Shown piece by piece: positions 38,501-45,938 of a stretch of DNA of 64,000 bases. The notes under the pieces are model-generated. The model was given only the letters and a program-made list of their open reading frames with translations. It made no database searches and was not told the DNA's origin. Both the position numbers and the translations under genes were made by a program. Location: the NCBI GenBank assembly GCA_025360105.1, contig JANYCT010000095.1:12120-76119 (forward strand), in the 5' to 3' direction. The stretch's first letter is position 1; each line of letters starts with the position of its first letter. This DNA is from Actinomycetes bacterium. Lineage in GTDB: Bacteria > Actinomycetota > Acidimicrobiia > Acidimicrobiales > Ilumatobacteraceae.

Positions 38501-41500
38501 CAAGTGCAGTTGCGCCAGGTGAACCTGCAGGGTTCGCAGTTGCGCCAGGTGCAGTTGCGTCAGGTGAACTTGCAGGGTTCGCAGTTGCGCCAGGTGCAGT
38601 TGCGTCAGGTGATGCTCACGGGTTCACAGTTGCGTCAGGTGCAGTTGCGTCAGGTGCAGTTGCGCCAGATCGACATCAGCGCATCGCCGTTGGCCGGGGC
38701 ACTGCTCACCTCGTTCAGCAGCATTGGCTCGATCGTCGACTGCTCGGCGGTCGATTGTCTCAGCCCCACGCTCACGCTCGGCGATGTCGCTGGCCACTTC
38801 CTCCCCGGAGCGACACTCGGCGCGCTGCTCGACATGGCCCTTGCCAGTGTCAATTTCGGTGGCATCGGTGACATCACCGGCCCCGGTTTGGACACCGCCT
38901 TCGCCACTTTGACCCTGGGCGACATCCTCGATCTCCTGCTGGCCGACCCAACATTCCTCGACATGACGCTCGAGCAGTTGGGCGGACCCGACTTGCTCGC
39001 CTCGGTCACCTTCGGTGACATCGTGCCTGGCGCCTATGGCGACATCACGATCGGCGATGTCCTCTCGGCGCTGGCCGATGCCGTCCCCGGCGATCCGGGA
39101 TACGGCCTCACGCTCGGCGATCTCCTCGCCGGCATCCTGCCCCCATCGGATTTCCCGTGGCAGAACCTCGACCTCGCCACCGCGACGCCCGTATTGCAGG
39201 CGGCAACATTCCCGCAAGCCGAGAACTACAACGTCGATATCACCAGCACCCTGCCCGCGGGTACTCAGGTCACCGCCCACCTCAGTGTCCCGAAGGGATA
39301 CTTGATCAACCCGGCTTCGATTTCATTGCTCGACGGAGCGGCCGGCTCTCCTGAGCCGACCTCCACGCAGACGGTCGATGCGGTTACCGGCGTCACTACC
39401 GTCGATATCACGTTGTACCCGCGCGAGGGACTTTCGAAGCTCCGGTTCAGTGCTGTCTCGCCCGTTGACCTCGGGCAGACAGCCAGTTTCACCATCACGC
39501 TCGAGGCAGCTGACTTTGCTTCGTCGGCCACCGCTGGCCAGGAACCGTTCACCATCGTCGATGGTTCCGAACCCTCGAACGACAACCCGGCCTCCGCGCC
39601 GTTGGCCACTCCGGGCAACCTGTATCTGGGGCACATTCAGAATGCCTCTGATGTCGATTTCTTCCGTGTGCATCTCACGCAGGGTCAGAGGCTGTCGGCA
39701 TTCTTGTCGAACCTTCCGGCCGATTACGACCTGTTGCTGTTCGGTCCCGTGCCGGCGCGGCTGCGTGGTGTTGCGAACAAGTCGCTCACCCCCTCACCCG
39801 ACGGTGGCCTCAGTCTGATCAGTGCCGACAACGCCGTGAATGCCCAGGTTGGCGCCGACATCAACACGGCACCTCCTGCCGGGATGCAGTTGGTCAGTGT
39901 CTCGAGCCGACGCGGCACGGGCGACGAACGCATCGACACCGCTGCACTGCCAGCGGGCGACTACGCGATCAAAGTCATTGGCTACAACAGCGCGAGTAGT
40001 AATAAGCCATACAGCCTGCGCATTCGCATCAGTGGCAGCGCGGCTGGGGCAGCATGCTCGGCCGTCGATCCTGCGGCTCCAGCGACCGACGCGGTGCAGT
40101 CGTTGATCGATTCAGGCGCCACCACGATCACCCCCGACACCACCACCATCTTGCTCACCAACGTCGCCCGGGCGCAGCGTGCCTACGGCGGCAGCGACGC
40201 CACGGTCGTCGGTGCGCTGAATCGTTTCGTCACAACGGTGAACGCTGATCCTTCCAGCTACGCCGGCACGAGTGCCGCAGTGGTCACGCTCGACGACCTC
40301 ACGTCGTACGGAGCCTGGGATGGCGCACCTTGTGATCCAGCGGCGGCCAATGCTGTGGTCAGCGAGATCGGTGATCGCATCGATCTCCTCCGCAGCCAGT
40401 GGCCGAACATCAAGAACGTGGTGCTCGTCGGTGCCGACGATCAGATCCCGTTTGCTCGCGTGGCCGATGCGGTTCCGTCGAACAACGAGAGCGAATACGC
40501 CAGCACCTTTGCCGACAATTCGCCGCTGAAGTCGGCGCTGTCGTTGGGTTACATGCTCACCGACAACCCGTACGCAGTTGGCCATCCCATTGCCGTTGGC
40601 AGCAGGGAACTGTTCGTTCCCGACATCGCTGTGGGTCGCCTCGTGGAATCGGCCAACGACATCCAGACCGCGCTCGACAACTTCGTTGGTTTCAACGGTC
40701 ACCTCAACCCCACCACGGCCTTCAGCGCTGGCTACGACTTCCTCGCCGATGGCGCCACCGCCGTGGCCGACGCGATCAAGGGTGGCGGCATCGTCGATCC
40801 CGCCAACGTGAACACCGACCTAATCAGTGAAACGTGGAACCGTCAGCAACTGATCGATGCGCTCGTCGGTGCGACTCCGCCGGGCCTCGCATCGGTGAAC
40901 GCGCACTTCGATCACTATCGGGCGCTGCCTGCCGACCAGAATGCCCTCGGCCACCTCACCGATCCGTTCACGTTGACTGACGTGACGAAAGGTGCCCCGC
41001 TCAACGGTTCGGTGATCTTCAGTATGGGCTGCCATGCGGGTCTGTCCGTGTCTGATGCGTCAATCGGTGCCAACGACACGAGCATCTCGGCTGACTGGGC
41101 TCAAACCTTCGCCGGCGCCGGCGCCGACGTCTTCGTCGGCAACACGGGCTACGGATACGGCGATGACACAGTTGTCGGTGCCACCGAGGAACTGATGCAT
41201 CAGTTCGCCAAGCGACTCGATGGATCAATGACCATTGGCGACGCGATGGCATATGCCAAGCAGAAGTACACCGCCGATCTGGCCGTCGTGAGCCCCTTCG
41301 ACGAAAAGGTGGTCAGCGAGGTCGTGTTCTACGGCCTGCCGATGTACACCGTGGGTAAGGCCATCCCCCGGACTGCTCCGTTCGCTGCGCTCAATGTCGG
41401 TGCTGCCATCAACGATTCGACCGGACTCGATTCGACGATCCGGACCATCGATTTGCCGGTGAAGCTCACGAGTGGCCCGTCGAACCTACACCGCCAGGAC

Positions 41501-44500
41501 ACCACCAAGGGCTCGTTCTACGAGGTCAACGGTGACACGCAGACATCGCCGTATCAGCCGGTACAGCCGAGCCTTTCCATCGACGTCACGCAATCCGGTC
41601 GCACTGCGCGTGGGGCGCTCATCACCGAGTTGACCTCCCAAGACGACAAGCCGTTCGATCCCGTGTACATGACACCAATCGATGACTCCACCACCGCGAA
41701 CCCCGAGGCCAACGTTGCTGGCGCCGTGTTCCCATCGGTGTTGCAGACGGTCAATCACCTCGAAACAGCCGGCGGCCCTAGCGATCAGTTGGTGTTCATC
41801 CCCGGCCAGTTCCGTGGCGACCCGGACTCGCCCACGGGGTCGGGCACGCAACGGTTGTTCACCAATGCGACCGCCTTGGTCTACTACGCGCCCGACGGCA
41901 ACACCGATACCACGCCTCCGACAATTGTGTCGACGAGGTCGACGGTGCTCACCGGATCCGCCGCCTTCTCGGTGAACGCCTTTGATGAGTCGGGCATCAG
42001 CCGGGTCTATGTGCTGTACACCGATTCAGCTCACCCGGGTACGTGGTTCGGCGCCGACCTTGCGTCGGCCGGTGGAGATACCTATACAGGTATTGCCACG
42101 GCCCCGACCGGCGCCGAGACGATCGACTACATGGTCCAGGTCGTCGACAGTGCCGGCAACGTGTCGGTCAGCTCGAACAAGGGCGACAACTTTGTCGGCC
42201 GAAACAACCCCACTCCTGTGGTGCTCGTGGGCCCCAAGACCTACGACGGAACCACGAGCGCGACGGTGGCTTCGTGCACCTTGTATGACGCAGCCGGTCT
42301 TGTGGTTGCTGACCCTGGAGTGGGTTGTGAAGCCACGGCGACCTTCGCGTATGCCGGTGCGGGCGACATCGTGCCGGTGAACGTCGATGGGATCACACTG
42401 ACGGGCACGAACGCCGCGCTCTATGCATTGTCCTCGACGACGGCCACAACCTTTGGCTCGATCTCACCGGTTTCATTGTCGGTAAGTCCAACCGACACCA
42501 ACGTGATCTACGGGCATCCGGCCACCTATCCGTTCGTTGTGTCGGGTTTCGTGAATGGCGATACGGACGGTTCGGGTGTGAAGCCGGCAAAGGGCTTCGT
42601 AGCACCAGTGTGTTCGTCGTCCTACACCACGTCCACGCCAGTGGCAGATTCACCGGTGGAGATCTCGTGCAGTGGTGGCTCGGCCGATAACTACAGCTTT
42701 GACACGTACTACTTCGGATCGCTCACCATCTCGCAGGCCCCGGTGCACCCCGTGGTCGCAGTCCTCAACAAGGTTGCGGACGGCACCACCGATGCAACCG
42801 TGTCGTCGTGCACGTTGTACGACGACACGAATGTAGCGGTGTCCGACGCCAACGTCGGTTGCTCCGCTACGTCGGCATCCTTCGACTCTGTCGGTCCAGG
42901 TATTGGCATCGGTGTGACGGTCTCTGGAATCACGCTGTTTGGCGGCACCGCCGTCAACTACTCGTTGAATTCAGGCACGGCGTTCACGATGGCAAACATC
43001 ACACTGCACGATGATCTGCATGCCGTCGTCACCGTGGATGACAAGCCATACGACGGCGGCACCAACGCAACCGTGTCGTCGTGCACGGCGCTCGACATCA
43101 ACGATCTACCCGTCGTTGCTGTTGGCTGTGACGTCGGCAACGCCTCCTTCCAGAGCGCTGATGCAGGTATCGGCATTCCAGTGGATGTTTCGGGCATCAC
43201 ACTGACCGGCGCCAACGCTGCTGACTATTCGCTGGCCTCGGACACGGTGTCGGCGACAGCGTCGATCACTCCGGTTGTGCTCACGGTGACCCCGCAACCC
43301 ACCGATGTCATCTACGGCCGCACGGCGGCCTATCCGTTCGATGTGACGGGTTTCGTGAATGGCGAAACCGACGGGTCCGGCATCAAGCCGGCCAAGGGAT
43401 ACGTGGCCCCGGAGTGTTCTTCGGGTTACAAGACCACGTCAGACATTTCGGAGGCACCGTTTGATGTCTTCTGTGCACGCGGTACGGCTGACAACTACAC
43501 CTTTGATGTGGCTGCACATTCGGTGTTGACGATGCTGCGGGCGCAAGTGCACGCAGTGGTCGTGGCGAACAACAAGCCCTATGACGGCACGACAGATGCA
43601 ACGTTGTTGTCGTGCACGCTGCTGGACGCCGGTAACGAGGTTGTGGTCGGTGCCGGTTGTGATGCGACGGTTTCCTTCACGAGTGCCTATGCGGGTCTCC
43701 ATGTTCCCGTGTCGGTGGATCTGGTCACGCTGAATGGCCCCGATTCGGGGAACTATGTACTGCAGTCGTCGTCGGTTGATCCAGCAGCCATTGGTCAGGT
43801 CACCCTCACGGTGACTCCGGTTGCGAAGTCGGTGACGTATGGTGATGCTCCGCCGGTGTACACGTTTGGTGTGTCCGGGTTTATCACGGGTGAGGGTGCG
43901 GCCAACGCGGCGGGGTATGTGGCGCCGTCGTGCACGTCGTTGTACACGGCAGCGACACCGGTGGCTTCGTCTCCGTCGATTACGTGTAGTGGTGGCAGCG
44001 CGAGCAATTATTCGTTCTCGTATGGCACGGCTGCGGTCACGGTGACGCCAGCCAGCCTGCTGGTGGATTACACCGGTCCATTGACCGCAACGTCGGCAAC
44101 GGCATCAGCGACGGTTACCTTGACGGCAACGGTCACGGGGCTCTGCGCCAATGGGGCTGCCGTGACCATGACGGTGACGGACGATGGCACCGGCGTCGTG
44201 CTCGGCTCGTACCCACTGGTCGCATCCGCGAGCGGTTTGGTGACGAAGTCTGGCGTGGTGCTGCCGGTGGGCAGTGTGTACGCCATCGACGTCGTCGCCG
44301 CCGATTCCGCAAACTGCATCGGGGCCAGCGACACTAGCTTCCTGGATGTGACCCCGGTGACGCCTCCGACCGGAAACTCTCACGGTTCGGGCTCGTACAT
44401 GGTGGGCCTCACGAAGGTCAACTTCGGGTTCTACGGATTCACCAAAGCGGTCAAGGGCGGCTTCACCTCGGGCGGCTACGTGGACTGGAAGGTATCCCGC

Positions 44501-44830
44501 AACGTCCGGTTCACCGGTGCGATCTCTGGATACACCGCAGCGTGCCCCGCGGGCACCGCGACACCTGCGGGCACGAAGTGCTCGTATATGACCGGTACCG
44601 GAAGCTTGTTCACCTGGGTGCCCGGCAGGGTTCGCGGGGGGTCGTGGGTGAGGACATCTACGGGTGTGGCATTCCAGTTGACGGTTGCCGATGGCGGCGT
44701 GGTCACACCAAGGATTGGGCCACCGACCCGTAACCCGGACTACATCCGCATGAATTTCCCGGTGCCGGTGGTGGTCGGCGAAACGACCACGCTGGTGGTC
44801 ACATCGTCCGGGAACATCGGAGTGCAGTAA
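35543..44830 (+). CDS. Giant secreted multidomain protein (about 3,095 aa): CSLREA-like motif, right-handed beta-helix repeats, pentapeptide array, PPC domain, clan-CD-like peptidase domain, YDG/MBG-like modules
   Basis: ORF 35477-44830. I prefer GTG 35543, which yields a Sec-type signal peptide VSRSAFRKTCVSVVAMSLLGGVLVVGVSPVVPARA/LD. Domain calls come from motifs read in the translation (see findings). Confidence 0.9.
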   Translation: MSRSAFRKTCVSVVAMSLLGGVLVVGVSPVVPARALDPNYVIDSTIDAPDAAPGDGVCASASNGCTLRAALQQAVAAGVDATITVDSTLLATVPTFALASELMVAVPAGTTITLQGSSTIVGRPIISGGGTHRVFNVEGPGAFHIVGFEITDGQGAIIGAAGTPRIDPTTSTVYEPQSGGYPTDSACGPSSALTGISVRVSLGTGWPSAFRPTCTDVVIAGSSYTLGGSHLGPWFPDRPADAFALPSTPGIADQQCPSGSVATGFAGRSGSAVDRVKLRCAPLLTDGTLGAGTYIGEVGDDFIGDPSGPSLERGGSPFPLHSCPVGAFASGFTGFYGLNYNYVYSPYYPGYTYTAESYIQGLALTCANSTDAPSITPGNGGGILATGDLTLDKVAVTNNATASGNGGGVYSSAALTIVNSTVSGNAAAGAGGGVYAVGSLSINDSTIRDNSAQAAPIGGDSPKGGGVYMANENFDVAMADTVVSGNTAASDGGGLSMDAAGFTMERSAITSNSAPNGEGGGLFMPFFASTAACGGECSGSLVMRNVTVAGNGAQGASGLKISNLNPVDAALTNVTVTNNDSVGGSAGLSLSYWGHKSIEDSIVSGNTTPSENNDCDYFYYYGNGTPSVISSGNCYAQDPSPQLNADPGLKALGNYGGRVNGAGDVIPVTPIPGDSNAAGAGTCPMSVDARSLPRPVASCDLGAFELTLAAGDVTNVPNLGQPVILPSLRSGASSVPITDIPASAFLPATGNGSADATAGASTAQIRGIALGDTGLSAVQLRQVSLGAIPLDSKVLDSIALSQLPLTYSSSSGNGTGWHAYLLDVNLTELAAQPLNTVSFGEVLAATKDLAVAQQLSLDQVDFSATPLGSLPVGAIALGAVPLSALVSTDGSPVDWCAIVAKYSTASCGPGQEIDPTTASLVSISLQGVPLRQVPLSAMQLRQVDLTPAQLRQVPLYGVPLRQVDMAATQLRQVQLRQVQLRQVQLRQVQLRQVNLQGSQLRQVQLRQVNLQGSQLRQVQLRQVMLTGSQLRQVQLRQVQLRQIDISASPLAGALLTSFSSIGSIVDCSAVDCLSPTLTLGDVAGHFLPGATLGALLDMALASVNFGGIGDITGPGLDTAFATLTLGDILDLLLADPTFLDMTLEQLGGPDLLASVTFGDIVPGAYGDITIGDVLSALADAVPGDPGYGLTLGDLLAGILPPSDFPWQNLDLATATPVLQAATFPQAENYNVDITSTLPAGTQVTAHLSVPKGYLINPASISLLDGAAGSPEPTSTQTVDAVTGVTTVDITLYPREGLSKLRFSAVSPVDLGQTASFTITLEAADFASSATAGQEPFTIVDGSEPSNDNPASAPLATPGNLYLGHIQNASDVDFFRVHLTQGQRLSAFLSNLPADYDLLLFGPVPARLRGVANKSLTPSPDGGLSLISADNAVNAQVGADINTAPPAGMQLVSVSSRRGTGDERIDTAALPAGDYAIKVIGYNSASSNKPYSLRIRISGSAAGAACSAVDPAAPATDAVQSLIDSGATTITPDTTTILLTNVARAQRAYGGSDATVVGALNRFVTTVNADPSSYAGTSAAVVTLDDLTSYGAWDGAPCDPAAANAVVSEIGDRIDLLRSQWPNIKNVVLVGADDQIPFARVADAVPSNNESEYASTFADNSPLKSALSLGYMLTDNPYAVGHPIAVGSRELFVPDIAVGRLVESANDIQTALDNFVGFNGHLNPTTAFSAGYDFLADGATAVADAIKGGGIVDPANVNTDLISETWNRQQLIDALVGATPPGLASVNAHFDHYRALPADQNALGHLTDPFTLTDVTKGAPLNGSVIFSMGCHAGLSVSDASIGANDTSISADWAQTFAGAGADVFVGNTGYGYGDDTVVGATEELMHQFAKRLDGSMTIGDAMAYAKQKYTADLAVVSPFDEKVVSEVVFYGLPMYTVGKAIPRTAPFAALNVGAAINDSTGLDSTIRTIDLPVKLTSGPSNLHRQDTTKGSFYEVNGDTQTSPYQPVQPSLSIDVTQSGRTARGALITELTSQDDKPFDPVYMTPIDDSTTANPEANVAGAVFPSVLQTVNHLETAGGPSDQLVFIPGQFRGDPDSPTGSGTQRLFTNATALVYYAPDGNTDTTPPTIVSTRSTVLTGSAAFSVNAFDESGISRVYVLYTDSAHPGTWFGADLASAGGDTYTGIATAPTGAETIDYMVQVVDSAGNVSVSSNKGDNFVGRNNPTPVVLVGPKTYDGTTSATVASCTLYDAAGLVVADPGVGCEATATFAYAGAGDIVPVNVDGITLTGTNAALYALSSTTATTFGSISPVSLSVSPTDTNVIYGHPATYPFVVSGFVNGDTDGSGVKPAKGFVAPVCSSSYTTSTPVADSPVEISCSGGSADNYSFDTYYFGSLTISQAPVHPVVAVLNKVADGTTDATVSSCTLYDDTNVAVSDANVGCSATSASFDSVGPGIGIGVTVSGITLFGGTAVNYSLNSGTAFTMANITLHDDLHAVVTVDDKPYDGGTNATVSSCTALDINDLPVVAVGCDVGNASFQSADAGIGIPVDVSGITLTGANAADYSLASDTVSATASITPVVLTVTPQPTDVIYGRTAAYPFDVTGFVNGETDGSGIKPAKGYVAPECSSGYKTTSDISEAPFDVFCARGTADNYTFDVAAHSVLTMLRAQVHAVVVANNKPYDGTTDATLLSCTLLDAGNEVVVGAGCDATVSFTSAYAGLHVPVSVDLVTLNGPDSGNYVLQSSSVDPAAIGQVTLTVTPVAKSVTYGDAPPVYTFGVSGFITGEGAANAAGYVAPSCTSLYTAATPVASSPSITCSGGSASNYSFSYGTAAVTVTPASLLVDYTGPLTATSATASATVTLTATVTGLCANGAAVTMTVTDDGTGVVLGSYPLVASASGLVTKSGVVLPVGSVYAIDVVAADSANCIGASDTSFLDVTPVTPPTGNSHGSGSYMVGLTKVNFGFYGFTKAVKGGFTSGGYVDWKVSRNVRFTGAISGYTAACPAGTATPAGTKCSYMTGTGSLFTWVPGRVRGGSWVRTSTGVAFQLTVADGGVVTPRIGPPTRNPDYIRMNFPVPVVVGETTTLVVTSSGNIGVQ
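38312..38716 (+). repeat. 27 consecutive in-frame pentapeptide units (13 exact QLRQV), a 15-nt-period coding repeat
   Basis: Read directly. Leu/Ile/Met occupies every fifth residue from SLQGV to LLTSF. The DNA units use varied synonymous codons. Confidence 0.9.
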
Positions 44831-44835
44831 GCAGT

Positions 44836-44871
44836 TGCGTGCTGATCGTGGGGGGTCACGATCAGCACGCA
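44836..44871 (+). terminator. Perfect 15-bp stem / 6-nt loop hairpin between the giant gene and the ABC genes (attenuator or terminator candidate)
   Basis: TGCGTGCTGATCGTG-GGGGGT-CACGATCAGCACGCA, starting 6 nt after the stop codon. There is no clean U-tract (CATGGTGTTATC follows). Confidence 0.5.
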
Positions 44872-44908
44872 CATGGTGTTATCGGGGACCGACCAAGGGG
44901 GAGAGACC

Positions 44909-45937
44909 ATGCTCAGAGCGGCATTACGCGATTTGCAATGGCGCAAGAAGAGATTCGTGATTGCGATGCTCGGGGTCGCGCTCGTCTTCGCAATGGGTTT
45001 GATCATGACCGGTCTCACCGAGTCGTTCTCGCTCGAGGTGGATCGCACGTTGAACGCGATCGGCGCCGAGGCTTGGTTGGTCTCCGACAGTGCGACCGGC
45101 CCCTTCACATCGTTCTCGCCGGTGCCCACCGCACTGGTCACCGACTCGGAGGCGTCGCCGGCATTGGTGTTGCGCCAGAGCATCGATGACAACGGCAAGA
45201 TCGTCGACGTCGTCGTGATTGGAGCACAACCCGGCCGACTGGGGTCGGTGACTGCGTCGAGCGGCAAGAGCGTTGCGGGTCCCGGTGAGGCCGTTGTGGA
45301 CAACGACTTCACCCTTGCCGGTCTCGGTCAGTCGTTCTCCATCGGTGGGAAGAGCTTCAAGGTGGTCGGCACCGTGTCGGGGCAACGCCTCTACGCAGGA
45401 TTACCAATGGTCTACATCGCGCTCTCCGAAGCCCAAAAAGTGTCGCTGCAGGGTCAGCCGTACGCGTCGACGTTCATCTACGCAAAAATGCCCACAACTA
45501 TCCCGACGGGGTTGAAGGCGATGTCGAACGCCGAGGTGCGAACCGACGTGCTGCGCCCATTGCAAAACGCAATGGACTCGATCGCGCTCGTGCGTGTGTT
45601 GCTGTGGATCGTGGCTGCCACGATCATCGGTTCGGTGCTGTACCTACAGGCGATGGAACGCACACGCGACTTCGCGGTGTTTAAGGCAACGGGTACCTCC
45701 ACTGCCGCGATCGGTGTGGGACTCGCGCTCCAGGCGGTGGTGCTTTCGCTGGCCGCCGCTGCGTTGGCCGCGGTCTTCGCCGCCTTGCTGGCACCGACGT
45801 TCCCCATGCACGTAGAGATACCGACGAGTGCATACGAGCTCCTTCCCGTGGTCACGGTGGTGGTTGGTCTGCTCGCCAGCTTGATCGCACTCCGCAAGAC
45901 CGCAACCGTCCAACCCGCTGCTGCGTTCGGAGGCTGA
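44909..45937 (+). CDS. FtsX/MacB-type ABC transporter permease
   Basis: ORF 44873-45937. Start ATG 44909 (AAGGGGGAGAG upstream). MLRAALRDLQWRKKRFVIAMLGV..., a large extracytoplasmic loop after TM1, and three C-terminal TM helices. Confidence 0.88.
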   Translation: MLRAALRDLQWRKKRFVIAMLGVALVFAMGLIMTGLTESFSLEVDRTLNAIGAEAWLVSDSATGPFTSFSPVPTALVTDSEASPALVLRQSIDDNGKIVDVVVIGAQPGRLGSVTASSGKSVAGPGEAVVDNDFTLAGLGQSFSIGGKSFKVVGTVSGQRLYAGLPMVYIALSEAQKVSLQGQPYASTFIYAKMPTTIPTGLKAMSNAEVRTDVLRPLQNAMDSIALVRVLLWIVAATIIGSVLYLQAMERTRDFAVFKATGTSTAAIGVGLALQAVVLSLAAAALAAVFAALLAPTFPMHVEIPTSAYELLPVVTVVVGLLASLIALRKTATVQPAAAFGG

Positions 45938-45938
45938 G

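Noticed and set aside
38312-38503. The regular 15-nt repeats could be taken for a CRISPR-like array, and the minus-strand ORF (AELHLAELHLTELHL...) for a gene.
   Set aside because: The periodicity is in-frame with the giant plus-strand ORF and encodes pentapeptide units. There are no unique spacers. The minus-strand ORF is just the mirror image of the coding repeat.
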